Assembly: GCA_013265495.1 (NCBI GenBank)
Contig: MU058213.1
Span: forward strand, 2,976,001 to 3,040,000
Direction: 5' to 3'
Length of the DNA: 64,000 bases
Source: Vicugna vicugna
Taxonomy: Eukaryota
Shown: piece by piece, positions 1 through 13,122 of the stretch
How the letters are laid out: each line of letters opens with the position of its first letter
Position numbering within the stretch: the first letter of the stretch is position 1
Notes under the pieces: model-generated
What the model was told of the DNA's origin: nothing
The model's input: the letters and a program-made list of their open reading frames with translations, nothing else
The model's database searches: none
Translations under genes and position numbers: made by a program

Positions 1-798
1 TACATCATCACCCGTGTCTAATCCATCAGTAACTCTTAGTGGTTTCACCTTCAAAATATATCTTAAATCCATCTGCTTCTGGCCACCTCGATCATCAGCC
101 ATCATGGTATCTTGCCTGGACCACTGCAATTGTTTCCAAACTGGTCTTTGCATTTCCACTGATGTTGCCCTTTCAACCATTCTCAGCTCATCAATCAAAA
201 CAATATTTTTTAATTGCAAATATGCCAGAATTCCACTTTAAAACTCTCATTGGCTCTTATTGCTTTCATAAACTTAAAAGTCTTGATACAGCCAAATCCC
301 CTGACAGATCTTTCCTTTCCCTGCTTATCAAATGTGAGGTACACAATGTCTCCTCTGCTTACCATGGTCTGACCTGCTTGCCCTTCCTTAAAAGCATCAA
401 ACCATTTCACACTTCAGAGACCTTACACAGGCAGATCCAACTGCTTAGAATGTTCTTCTACCCAATCTTCACCCAGCTAATTCCTACTTATCCTTCAGAA
501 TTCAGTTTCAATGTCACTTGGTAGAAAGTCTTCAACAATTCACAATCTGAGTCATGTTTCCCCCACATCTCCCACAGCATCCTAGTCTTTTCCTTCAAAT
601 TTCAGAGCACAAGATGTCATCAGACATGTGTCTGTGAGAATATTCATTTAATCTCTCTCTCCTCCAATAGACAATATGCTCCATGTGGGCAAAGCCTACA
701 TCTGTTTTCTTTACAACTATATAAACAACATTATTTAATATAATGCCTGATACAGAATGTGTGTTCAATAAATATTTGTGAATGAATGAATAAATGAA
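1..798 (+). mobile_element. L2 LINE 3' region (ancient, degraded)
   Basis: L2 3'UTR-type wording (atcttgcctggaccactgcaat...ctggtct) ending in the diagnostic tail tgcctgatacagaatgtgtgttcaataaatatttgtgaatgaatgaa. Confidence 0.85.
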
Positions 799-920
799 AA
801 AGAAAGCCAGAAAGGAAGGACAAAAAGAGAACAACTGCACTGATAATCCTATTAGAGAGAGACAGGTATCACACAGTCATTCCAGGGCCATTTGCAGTTT
901 TCTGAGGGTTCTCCTCATCT

Positions 921-1745
921 TTAATTTTTTTAACAGCTTTACTGAGATATAATTCACATCCCATACAATTCACCCAATTAAAATGCACAATTCAACAGTC
1001 TTTTGTATATTCACAGAGCTGTATGAATAACCCTAACTTTCATCATAACCAACTTTAGAAAGTACATATCATCCCAAAAAAGAAAGCCCATACCCAGTAG
1101 CAGTCTCCCACAAAGCACCTCCCCCTTGGGCAACCACTAATCTACATTCTGTCTCTATAGATTTGCCTATTCTGGATATTTTGCATAAATGGAATCATAA
1201 AATATGTGGTCTCCCATGACTGGCTTCTTTCATTTAACATTAATATTTTCTAGGTTTATTCATTCATGCTACATGTTGTAGCATGTATCAGTATCTCATT
1301 TCTTTGTACCTGCCAACTAATATTCCATTGTGTGGATATACCACAGTTTATTTATCCATTTATCAGTTGATATACATTTGGGTTGTTCTCACTTTGGGGC
1401 TATAATGAGTAATTTGGCTATGAATATTCACATGCAAATTTTTATTTCTCTTGATTATATACCTAGGAGTAAAACTGCTGGATCATGTAGTAACTCTAAG
1501 TTTAGCCTTTTCAGGAACTGCCAAACTGTTTTCCAAAGCAAGTGTTCCAACTTACAGTCCTACCAGCAATGCATAAGGATTCTGATTTCTCCACAACCTC
1601 ACTAACACTTCTCAAAAACCGGGTTTGTTTTTTTTTTCAATTCTATCGTTTTAGTGGGTGTGAAGTAATACATCTTGTGGGGGTTTTTTGCACTTCGCTG
1701 ATGCTAATGATGGTGAGCATCTTTTCATGTGCTTATTGGTCATGT
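921..1745 (-). mobile_element. L1 3' end (L1MB-like), 5'-truncated
   Basis: T-tail, then acagctttactgagatataattcac...tattccattgtgtggatataccacag, the reverse complement of L1 3'UTR and ORF2 C-terminus. Confidence 0.9.
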
Positions 1746-2612
1746 GTTCATTAGGCTCATCTTTATTTTCAAAAAGCCCATCCCTTGGTAAATAGACTAT
1801 ATTAAAGTGCGCCTATACCCCTCGTGGAAGATAAAATATATACATATACATAAACTTATATATGTAACTTTATAATACTTGTGTTGCATTCCTATTGGCT
1901 AGATGACAAAATGTTACATTTTGCAAAACTTTAATTAAATATATACTGATTTCAATTTTGTTATTTTATTTTCCTGTTTTTAAATCAATAGAACATCTTT
2001 TCAGCTCTCCAACATTGCTGTGGGTCACACTTATGGTTCTTAATGGTCATTCTTATTCAGTGGTAAAACAGATTATTAGCATTTTGCATCAGCTAATAAG
2101 AAACAAAAGTGGTACCTTATTGCCTGAAGAGGTTCTGAGAGCATAGAGGAAGAATCCAGACCAAAGCAGAATTATCGTCTTAGCTTTATTCTTTACAGTT
2201 TTTCTCCAACTCTGTAGGTAGGAGAAACTAAAAATTAATACGATAATTCACTATGTAGCCATTTCAATTTGTTAAATATCTGAATTTATATTGTTTTTAT
2301 TTTATAATATTCATTTATTAATTTTCAGAAATTATTTTGTCTTCCTAACACCCCTACTTAAAAATCCCCTTCAAAAAAATCAGAATTTACTCAGTGCCTC
2401 TGAGCACTGTGCTACACATCTGATATTTATTATATCATTTAACATCAGAGATGCCTGTACTTGATGGATCCAAGCAATTCTGACTACATCTCTGTTTTTC
2501 AGAGTTAACAAAGGCAAATACATAATCAGATAAGTCAATTAAGACTTATTTCAGAAATCTCATTCATCCGTACTTACTTGTTTGAGTACCTAACACGTTT
2601 CTGTATGGTACA

Positions 2613-2686
2613 TAGGTAGGTGATAGATAGATGGATGGATAGAGGGATGGCTGGATGGATGGATGGACAGATAGATGGATAGATAG
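2613..2686. repeat. compound (GATA)/(GGAT) microsatellite
   Basis: tagatagatggatggatagagggatggctggatggatggatggacagatagatggatagatag. Confidence 0.9.
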
Positions 2687-2951
2687 AGATTTGGGAGCAT
2701 GAATTACACCCGGAGTATCAGGAAAACCCTCTTCCCATCATATAGGTCCCTAAACCCAGGAGACTAATCTTTAGCTGTGTATAATGCTCCCCCAGCTCAA
2801 GAGAGCTATTGGGTACCAGAAAGACTGACGAAGTATCTCGTCAGTTAACTAAAGGCAAAAGCAATCAGAGTCATAGGTGTCTTGATTTAATCAATCACAA
2901 GGATTTAGTGAATCCACAGGTATCTTAAAGACTCAGATGAACTGAGTTTCA

Positions 2952-4120
2952 GGGACCAAGCTGGTGACACAGGAGGCTCTTGAATTTCCCTCCTCCTATG
3001 AACATACTGAATGTACAGCTACAAATGAAGCAATACCCTGGAGAGACATTCAGAAACTAGCTAAGTGATTCCTACACCTCAGACGACTAAGAAAATGCCC
3101 ACAATGAAACAGCTAGGAAAGGCTGAGACATTCTCTCTCCATAAACTTCATCCCTAGCGCAGTGCCATATAGTCAGGAAAGAACCTCCAACTCCCAGCTT
3201 CTCTGTGAGGAGTGAAAGGTTTGGGCCACAAAACTAGTACTCCAACTTTTAAGGCTCCCACTTGAGGGATGGCCTCCAAATCACCCAGCTCTGAAAACCA
3301 AGGGGGTTTGCATTCCTGAATCCCACTGGAATGCAGCAAACAAAGAAGCAGTTTTTAACAGGTGTCCAAGCACTCACCTTGCCATCCCCCAAGAGCTCAG
3401 CATGCAAAAAGCAGGCAAAGAAGCCCATCTCCCAGTCTTTCCCTGGAAGGAGTTTGTCTACTTTACAAACTGATGCCTGAGGGTCCAGCTTCTAATTAGC
3501 ACAAATCCAGGTGCTGGCTGCGATACACCTCAGTTGGCTGGGGTACCTGGTGGGCACTTCTCCTGCCTTCTTCCCTGCACTTGCTCCGACAGCGAAACCA
3601 AATTGCCAGCATGTTCCTGGAAGGAGCTTGTTCATACATCTAGCATCCTATCTTTTACAGCTGTCATTCAAGGTACAGGCCCTCCAGTCACATAACTCTG
3701 ATATCCAATGGGGCTTGCATTCATGAGTCCCACAGAATATAGCAAACAAAGAAGCAATTTTTGAAAACACAGAGGCTCACCCTCCACAGCGAGACATACA
3801 GGCTCAGTACAGAGGAAGCAGGCAAAAAAACGCCCATCTCTCAGTTTCTCCCTGGGAAGGGTTTGACTGAATACTTTTCTGGTTGTTGCCTGAGGCTCCA
3901 GTTTCTAATCAGCTTGCATCGTATGATCCTTCCCTTGGGACAATAAAAGGTCGTGGCAGAATCTCAACTACTGGGAACCACTAAGAACAAAGACAATCAC
4001 TCTCGGCAACCAGGAACTTGGGCCAGGCCAGTTGAAAGGTCATCTCCTACATAAGACAAGTCTGTCAAGTCTGGAAGAGATGGTTGTTTCATCCAGTGTT
4101 CATAAACCAACAGAGTCAAA
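2952..4120 (+). mobile_element. orphan L1 5'UTR (old L1M type) with internal ~400-bp duplication
   Basis: Starts gggaccaagctggtg...ttccctcctcc, an L1 5' start pattern. The ttgcattc..ga.tcccac...agcaaacaaagaagca block occurs at ~3300 and ~3710. Ends about where ORF1 would begin. Confidence 0.7.
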
Positions 4121-4299
4121 GAGACACTGGTGAGCTCTACCTGGCTCACTGGAAGCTCCAGAAAACGACCTAGAAGTACTAATTAGAGCTCAAGATGATT
4201 AAAGTTGAGGAATTTGTCTCTATTCTAGGACAACAAATAGTCTTCTGACAATAGCACTCCATCACTGAGCATTTCTACCTACTATTTAAACTACTTTTC

Positions 4300-5010
4300 A
4301 CTTTTGATTGAAAAAAGAAACACATACAGAGGGAAACAAGTGAAACAGAATCCAATGTATACAATGAAAATTAAATCTCCTTCCTACTGCAAATCCACCC
4401 AACTCCACTCCCTGTAGAACCAATACTAGTAATTTCTTGGGTACTTGTTTTAATACATATTTTATTTACAGACATCAAACACACTACTCTGCATCTTGCT
4501 TTGTAACGTTAGCACAAATGTACTGACATCTTACTCTTTAACAGTGGCATAATATTCCATAGTATGAATCAACCATAATTTACTTAACTGATCTCCAATT
4601 GATAGATATATTTCGGTGTTGCTATTGGAAACACAGCTGGAGAAACATCTTTGTTCATAACTTCTTTGACCACTTAGGATAAATTTCTGGATGTGGAGTT
4701 ACTAGTTACAGGGTAAGTGTGCATCTTCAATTTTGTTAGCATCCAATTGCTCTCCAAAATGGCTGCACCCGTATTTCTCTCATCCACAATGTCTGAGGTT
4801 AGAGTTTCTTCACTCTTCAACACCGGATAGTACCAAGTGCCTAAATGTTGGCAAGCAGGTAGCTATCTCCTTGTTTTGATTAGCCTATCTTTATCTGTAA
4901 GTAACGCTGAATATTTTTTGTATTTGTATAATCCATTCATATTTCTTTCTCTGTGAACTGCCTATTCTTTTTCTTTGCCTGTATTTTTACTGAGTTATTA
5001 ATTTTCCCCT
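4300..5010 (-). mobile_element. old L1 (L1ME-like) 3' fragment
   Basis: gcataatattccatagtatgaatcaaccataatttacttaac...ctgtgaactgcctattc, degraded antisense L1 ORF2/3'UTR. Confidence 0.7.
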
Positions 5011-7001
5011 TATTAAATCATCTAGCACTGCTTTTGTTTAAAATGACTATTGTAGAAAATAATATCTTTTCTTTCTCAAGAAATATAGGAACCACTTGAG
5101 ACTTTAAGCTATTCCCTGTAGATTTATAAAGCCTAATTATTTTTTAAGTCACATATTCTGTTTTTACCATTGCAAGGAAGGCCATGAAAGAAATCTCATA
5201 CTTTCATATTTATTGAATTATCAATTCAAATTTGGTAAGTTTGACTAGAGTATGGAAAAACTTTCAACCCTTATCAGGTAAATATTTAGTATTACTTAAT
5301 ATTAATAATTAAGTAGACTCCCTTGAATTCTTACTATCTCTTTATTTCCCTGGTCTCTATTCTTTTAGCAAGGGGAATCTCCTCCTTCTTTGACTCTTCT
5401 GTAACTGTTCTGCTTTTTTGTCTGATACTTTAGTCAAATAAATTCTTGACCATCAAAGACTTCTTGGCTTAAGTTCGATAATCCATAAATATTTAGGGAC
5501 AATGCCAGGCCTCCTTCAAAATGCATTTTCATTTATGTCTGCTGCTCTGAGTAAGAACTTACAAGCATCAAGAGATACTCTTCCATTTCCTGATAATAAA
5601 ATCATGGATCCAGTCCCATTTTACCCTCATTGTATACTCTTACAGATGCTTCAGAAGAATCCATGACATTTTATTGCACTAGTTTACGTATGTACCTGAA
5701 AACCAAGTTGTGTCTAATTCATATCTGTACTTACTGTCCAGTACCGACCCCAGCACATGGAAAGGCCTTAGTAAATACATGGAATGAACAAAGAAACGAA
5801 GTTGTATTAACTATTCACTTATTACAAGTTAGCACAAGACCAGAGGCAAAGCTTCCCTGTTCATACTTCATTGGAGGAGCATTCCCCAATAGACCCCTTC
5901 TTCTAGAAGCAGGAAGATAATCAGGTCTTTCTGAAGATAATCAGGAAAAGCTCTTGGAGCCTAATCAACCATTGTAAGATCTCCCTCGGTGATTATTACA
6001 AGCTAAATTACAGAAAATCCAAGCTTGAAATATTTTATAAAGCAATTTAAAATATTTAATAGGATACTGAACTCTTGAAAGGAAACTGCTCTCTTTCCCT
6101 GGTTATATGATGGATGTATTGTTTTTCTTCAGCCCAAAAGAGGTAACTGATTATATGAAGAATAAATACATAACTAAAAGGGAAAGCTGTTAGTAACCAG
6201 GATCTCTAAGAAGCCAGGCTGCTTTGGGCACATCTGTGCTGGGGTTTCTATCTCCTTCCAACCTGAGATGGTGATTTTTTTCCTTTCTTAGAATAGGGAA
6301 GCCAGCAGGGCATCAGGACGCAGCCCAAATCAGGAAGGAAGCCTCCAGGGATGCAGAAGCAGGCTTCATTCCCAGCTTGAATTGTTCTTTTAATGGAATT
6401 CTACAATATCGAAAAAGTTTTTGCTGAATTCTGTCCTGAAGCTCGTCACAACAAACTGATTAGACTGACAGCTTGGCTTGAGCTCCTAGGAGAAATATAA
6501 TTGAATAGGGACTAAGAGACTTGAAGGGAACAAGCCCACTCCTGAGACTGTATGACTGAGAAGAAGTAGCCTGGAGTCATGGAGTTCAAAGCTGGAGAGG
6601 AACATCTCAATAATAAAGGACCTGACTTAGGCGAGGAAACTGAAGCCCAGACTGGTGCTGGCTTTTCCGGGGTAGAAGTGTGAATGGGAGCTAAAAAAAA
6701 TGGAGGTGATAAGTGTTGGTTTGGTGGTGAAAGGAAAGAAGGCAATAGGAGCCCTTTAAATGCTTCATGACATGGCAAGGATTGTTGTCATAAGGGTCTC
6801 ACCAATGGAGAAGCTGGGAATGATTTTGGAATATTTTGAGAGTCACAGCTCATGATGAAAGAGTGATGATATAATGAGCTGCAGAAAGTCAACTATTTTG
6901 AATAGCCAGAAAGGTACCATTTGGGTTGCATACTCTTTAAATATACAAATTCATTCTGCCTCTGTCTTTTGGGATCTAAGATCATTAGTTCCTATAGAAT
7001 C

Positions 7002-7444
7002 TATAGAAGGCAGAATAATGGAGCCCTAAAGATGTTTACAACATAATCCCCAAAACCTATGAATACCTTACATGGCAAAAGGAACTTTGCAGATGTACGA
7101 AACGAAATGGAGAGAGTATCCTGGAGTATCCAGGTGTGCCCAATGTAAGCACAAAGGTCTTTATAAGAGGGAGGCAGGAGGGTCTGAGTAAAAGAAACGT
7201 GAATGATAGAAGCAGAGATCAGAATGAGGTGAATAAGGGGTCATAAGCCAAAGAATGCAGACAGCCTATAGAAGCTTGATAAGGCAAAGAAATGGATTCT
7301 TCCCTAGAACCTTTGGAAGGAACACACCCTGTTGACACCTTGGATTTTAAAACTTCTGACCTCCAAAACTCTAAGATAAATTTGTGCTGTTTTAAGCTGC
7401 CAAATTTGTAGCGATTTGTACAGCAGCAATAGGAACCTAACACA
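7002..7444 (+). mobile_element. MaLR solo LTR, MLT1D-like
   Basis: aggcagaataatgg...ccttacatggcaaaaggaactttgcagatg...cagcagcaataggaacctaacaca; 5-bp TSD gaatc/gagtc. Confidence 0.9.
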
Positions 7445-7944
7445 GAGTCTTGAGTGCATTATGAAAAGAAGATTAATTTGCATATTTAATGGACTTCAGC
7501 CCTAGACCAATGGGAATAAGGACACCATTACTACAGAGCTGTGTTCTGACCGTCACCATTCCCCAATCCAACCAGGCTCTTTCACAACTCTGTGCCGTGT
7601 GCTCATTCTGTTCCCTCACCCTACTATTCCTTTTTGTCCATTTTCCACCTGTCATATTCTCACTCATCCTGTAAAAGCAATTCAATGTTACTTTGTCTAT
7701 AATGGCTTCCTGGATGACTCCAGGAAGACTAAGGTTTCCTCCTTTGTTCCCATGGAAACTTTGTACCACTGCTTTGCCCCTTATTATAGTCTGACTGACA
7801 TTGAGTCTATCTCTATGCCACTCCTTCCTTACCCTCTACCCTTCTGTTAGTCTTCACAGGGGTAAATATTAATCTGATCCTTAATTGGCAGACTATCATA
7901 CAGTTTTTTGGCAAAAGATCTTCCCCTTATTTTTTATAAATCGC

Positions 7945-10036
7945 CTGCCCCAGTCATTAGTACCACACTGTTCTGCTTACTGTAGCTTTGTAATCAGTTC
8001 TGAAATCAGGGGGCGTGATCCCTCCAACTTTGCCCTTTTTTGTTGTGGTTTGGCTACTCAGAGTCCCTGGAGATTCTAGAAGTAAAATTGATTTTTGTAT
8101 GTTGACCTTTTATCTTGTGACCTCAATGAACTCACTTATTAGTTCTATGAGGTTTTTGTTTGGTTTTGGTTGTGTGCATGCATGTGTGTGTGTGTGTTTG
8201 TAGACTTCTGAGAATTTTCTTTGTACAAAATCATGCCACCTGCAAATAGGCACAGTGAATTTTCTTTTCTTCTTCTTCTGATACGTATGCCTTTTATTTC
8301 CTTGCCTTGCTTTATTGCACTGATTAGATCTTCCAGCACTATATTCAGTAAGAGTGGCACAAGAGTTGACATCCTTGTCTTGTTCTCAATCTTAGGGAAA
8401 AAGCTGAAGTCTTTAAGTAACCCATAGAATACTAGCTGAAGCTGTTCTGCAGATGCTTTTTATCAAGTTATGACTCCCTCTACTCAGGATGTTGAGGGTA
8501 GCGGAGTACATATGTGTGGGTGGAAGGGATATGTGTGAACTGCGTATTTTCTGCTCAATTCTGCTGTGAACCTGAAACCGCTCTAAAAAAATTAAGTCTA
8601 TTAATAAAAAAAAACTATACAGATATATCATTTCTTACCTATTATAGATTGGCAAAAATCCAAAAGTCTGACAATATACTATGTTGCTAAAACTAAATAA
8701 ACAAGCACTTTCATACATGGTTGGTGGGAATTCAAAACCAGACAACCCACATGGAAGGGAATATGGGAATATTTAGTGCATACATTTGTCCTTTACCACA
8801 ATACTCAGGCAAAAATATGAAAAGACATATATAAGGCGATTTATTGCAGCCATTTGTGTAACAGCAAAAGACTGGAAATAACTCCCCCCACCACCAAAAA
8901 AAGATTCCCTCTTCTCTTATTTTCTGAACTTTTAAAAATCATGAATGGAAGTTGGAATTTTGTTAAACGTTTTTGTTTTAGGGTTTTTTTTTTTTTTGCA
9001 TTGATTGATATGGTCATGTGGTTTTGTTCTTTAGTTTGCTAATATAGTGAATTATATTGATTGATTTTCAAATACTGAACAAGTTTTTGCATCCCTTGAA
9101 AAGCTTCATGGTGTATAATTCTTTCTATATATAGCTGAATTCTATTTGCTACTACTTTAATAATTTTTGCATCTATATTCATCCATTCATTTTGAGATCC
9201 TCCTGATTCATAGTATTTAGTGATTTCTTATTGAAACCCGGACATTTTCAGATTATGTCATGAGAGTGGATGTCACTTAAGCCTTCTGTTTTAATTGGTT
9301 CCTTCTGACACCTCTCCAGCAGAAGGGGAGGGCATTGCCTTCTCAGCGTTGGGTGGAGGTAGAAGTCAGGGTTCCCCTGTTGGCCTATTTGATACCTAAA
9401 ATAGGAAGAGCTCCTGTCACTGCTGTGCAGGAGTGGAAGTTCCAGCTCTCCATGTGATCTGCACTCATACTGTGCTAAGGGTGGCCTCATTACTGTTGGG
9501 TAATGATGAAAGTCCTGACTCTCTGATTGCTCCGCAACAGGGAAGGAAGAAATGCCTTCTTCCTATCAAGTAGCTGTGAAAATTCAGGGTCCCCACATGG
9601 TCTGTCACTCATACTACAGGGTGGACCTCATTACCAGTTGGCAGAAAGACAGTCTCAGCTCCCTAGTTGCACTTTTTGATACCACTCAGGCAGGGGTTGC
9701 TGGGGTACCTTGCTACAGTCTTGTTCCTTTGGCTACAGAGAGCAGACTTTTGGTTTTTCAGTTTGGGGTTTTTGGGGGGGGGGGTAGTTGTCTGCACTCA
9801 ATGACATTTCTGGGTTTCTGGCTTCTTCAGCTCCAAATCTAGGATATGTGAAGCCCAAACAAAATCCAGGAATTCACCACCGTGTCTTCTTTGGCTCCTG
9901 AGATCCCTTGTTTGTCTGTTATCTTCTCTCCACTTTTTGGAGTTTTCACATATTTCTTTTATATATAATGTCAGTGTTTTGTCCTTATTGGGGGAAAATA
10001 GAAAAATATTAATCCATCCCATCTTCCCAGAAGTGG
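7945..10036 (-). mobile_element. old L1 (L1MC/MD-like): 5' end at ~10036 joined to ORF2 RT-region fragments, interrupted at 8486-8902
   Basis: ORF 8145..8372 reads PLLLNIVLEDLISAIKQGKEIKGIRI...LCLFAGGMILY (L1 RT motifs); 5'-end-like acttctgggaagatgg on the minus strand at ~10036. Confidence 0.8.
8486..8902 (+). mobile_element. L1MC1-like 3' end plus downstream older-L1 segment, TSD-flanked
   Basis: ctgctcaattctgctgtgaacctgaaaccgctctaaaaaaattaagtctattaataaaaa; second A-run at 8896-8902; TSD gactccctctactc/gattccctcttctc. Confidence 0.75.
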
Positions 10037-10269
10037 CAGTGTCCTCCTTCAGTTTTTGATGACTTTTCCACTGTACGCTCAGCTCCTAGCCTAGTGACTG
10101 GCATTACATTTGTGAAAGTACATGGTGCATTCTTCTAGGTTGTGCTGGGCAATAGGGAATGAGTAAGAGCAAAGTAACTAGGTGAAAGTAATAACAAAAA
10201 AAAAAAAATGCCAGGAAGAGGATTCTGACTCTAAGGACTGAATGGCTGTGGCATCTCTAAACCCTGGAT

Positions 10270-10760
10270 AATCTATCTATCCATTGACATAAGAGGGATA
10301 TTGAATTCCCTTATTATTATTGTATTATTTCCCCCTTATTTCTGTTACTATTTGCTTTATATATTTATGCAGTCTTATTTTGGATATATAAATGCTCACA
10401 ATGTTATAGCCTCCTGTTGGATTCACTCCTCTATCATTATGTAATAAGACCGTTCTTTGTCTTTTGTTACAACCTTTGTTTTAAGGCTATTTTGTCTGAT
10501 ATAAGTACTACTACCCTGGCTTTCTTTTCTGTACCATATGCATGGGACATCTTTTTCCATTCCTTCACTTTCAGTGTATGTATGTCAATATTAGGGAACA
10601 ATATTAAGACTCACCACATTTTTTTCTGTCTCTGTGGGATCATTTTTTTTCTGAGATCCAATGTATTGAGAGTTGTTTTATTCATTTTGTCACTTTTTAG
10701 TTGTCCAGGCAATAGGGTAAATCCAGCCCTTGTTACTCCATCTGTATGGAAGTAGAAGTT
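10270..10760 (-). mobile_element. old L1 fragments (endonuclease region and 5' end)
   Basis: gctattttgtctgatataagtactactacc is antisense endonuclease VVVLISDKI; 5'-end-like acttctacttcc..agatggagtaaca. Confidence 0.7.
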
Positions 10761-10914
10761 CTTCTGTACCATTTTATTTTTAAAAGTTTTATAAATATTG
10801 CCTGGTAAAAGCTTATTTTGTTTAGGAACTTTCTCTACACAGATTGCTGAAAAGAATTTAATACTTTCGTTTATGCCTAAGATTCCACTCCCATCTGGTG
10901 TCTTATAGTTTTCC

Positions 10915-11075
10915 TGACAGCCTTGTGAGATGGGTTTGAGTGATTCTTTGATGGAAGACAAAACTGAGGCACAGAGAGGCTAAGTGACTTGTTCTGAATT
11001 TTACAATTAAGCATTGAGACTAGAACTTAAAATCCAGAATCAGATTCTTGTAGTTTTTGTACTACATCAGGCTGC
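10915..11075 (-). mobile_element. MIR SINE
   Basis: MIR core aaactgaggcacagagaggctaagtgacttg. Confidence 0.85.
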
Positions 11076-13122
11076 TATACTGATATTTTCAGAATAGTCA
11101 TGGTATAGGTCATTTGGGGAATTTTTAATTTTTTATTCTTCTTTAGAATATAAAACTAGGAGTGAGATTGAATCCTTAAGTGGAGTCAATTTGCCCCCAT
11201 TCTATACAGAGAAGAAATCATTATATTCAGTCATTCATTTATTTATTCAATAAATATATGAAGTACTTACCATACGCAAAGTTTTGAGAAGCCGACAGGC
11301 CCGACATAAGCTGGGAAGGAGTTTATGTCTGTTTATATATCCGTGTTTTTCTCTCCCTATTGCCACCTCATTACACTCTAGAAATAGTTCAAATTTGGAT
11401 CTTAGCTAAGGCTTCTTTGAAGCAATTTTATGCTTTCTTATTTTTTTTAATGTACAGAAATGAACTTCTGTCTGTCAGAACTTTTGTCTGTAAGTTAAAA
11501 ATTCTCTTTTGAGAGTCTATGGAAAATATTTGAGGATGATTTAGGTTCTGCTTTTCCTTGAAGGGAGGTAAAACAGAAGGACCAGCAGGTCCTTTTCACA
11601 CTTTAGATTCTATTTGTGTCCACCTTGTGGATTTTCATGGCAACAGTTCAGTTTTGTCTCTCTAGTTTAGGTTATATTTAATAGCATCTTGGCTTTGAGT
11701 CAGGCAGGTTCAAGAGGCTTGCTGTGGGGTGAGTTAACCTGCCACAGACTCCTATGCCACTTAAGAGGTTGTAAGAAAGGACTGTCTCACTTTGGCGTTG
11801 AATATGTTGGGTGCATGTGCACACATATACACACATGAGTAAAGTCGAGCTCCAACCGGAGCCCTAGGGCAGGTTAACAGCCATAAGAAAATCTCCTAGG
11901 CTTACAGGATGCGGAGAGCTACCCTTCTCCTATGTATTAGCAGAAGTGGCAGATGGCGGCTTGGCAGCTTCCTCGCCTAATAATCACCAGATGGCATGTA
12001 GCTATGCCCTGTGGTACAGGAAGGAGGAAACTGGGTTGATTGTGTATTTTCTACCCTTAAGCTCTTCCTACTTAATTGAAACTGGTTCATGCTATTCATC
12101 ATATGTCTATGTTGGAAGAACTTAAAGAATGTGACCAGAACTTTACTGTGGCTGCAGAAAGCATTTATTTTAATTTCCTGAAGTTTTAGCACATCATACC
12201 AGCTAATAACTTTCTAGTCTGCTAAGCAGCTCATAGATTTCTGTTCACTTGTATTCTGAGTCATGATATCTGTTTGTACCATGCTGTGACCCATTCTAAA
12301 ACCTCTTACCCAGATGTTTTCAGGAATGATGAAAGGTCTGAGAACTGAAGTTTAATCTTTTGAGTAGCAGGATTTTTTTGTAAAATTTCGAAATAAATGT
12401 TTCTAAATATATATATACACATACACTTGTTTTTATGGAATGGTATTCTGAACATAAATTAACATTTTCCGTTAGAGATATGTGTTATGGTACAGGTACA
12501 GTCGATGTGGAACTGATGTGTAAACAAATGGAACTAAAAGCAAAATGAATCTTAATCCTAGACACAATCCTAGAATAAAAATTCACTACAATTTTTAAAA
12601 GAAGCTGTAATTGATATCCTTTTAATTAACAGATTATAATGGCTCCATGGGAATGAAGAACCTAGTATTATAACCAAAACCAAATTATAACAACATTAAT
12701 CTGACATATTTCAGTGGGTTCCAAAATTATCGGGGTCCTGAATGCTAATTAGAAATTAAGATGCATCTTTTCTTGTCTGTCTTTGCCTGTTAGGTTTATC
12801 CTTCTTGGATTATATATACAGCATCTTTATAGAGAAGATATATGGTATATTGAGAAGCTGCTGTGTCACTGGCAACAGTTTCTACACTGCTTTTATGTAA
12901 AGACTGACCTCGTATTTTGTGCTTCCATTCCCTATTTAGTGCTTTTGCCTCACAGGCTGGCCATAGCCTTTTCTCCGGAGAACAAAATGATTTGTGCTAC
13001 AGCTGCATCCACTATGATTCTTACTGGCCCATAGATTTTAATGCATATAGGTTTTTTTATATATATTTTAATGTCATGTAGGTTACATAGGCAAATAATG
13101 CCATTTAAGAAGTAATGTGAAG

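Noticed and set aside
12956..13050. Plus-strand exon after ttttgcctcacag
   Set aside because: The donor AG|GTTTTT is poor and neither open frame is recognisable.
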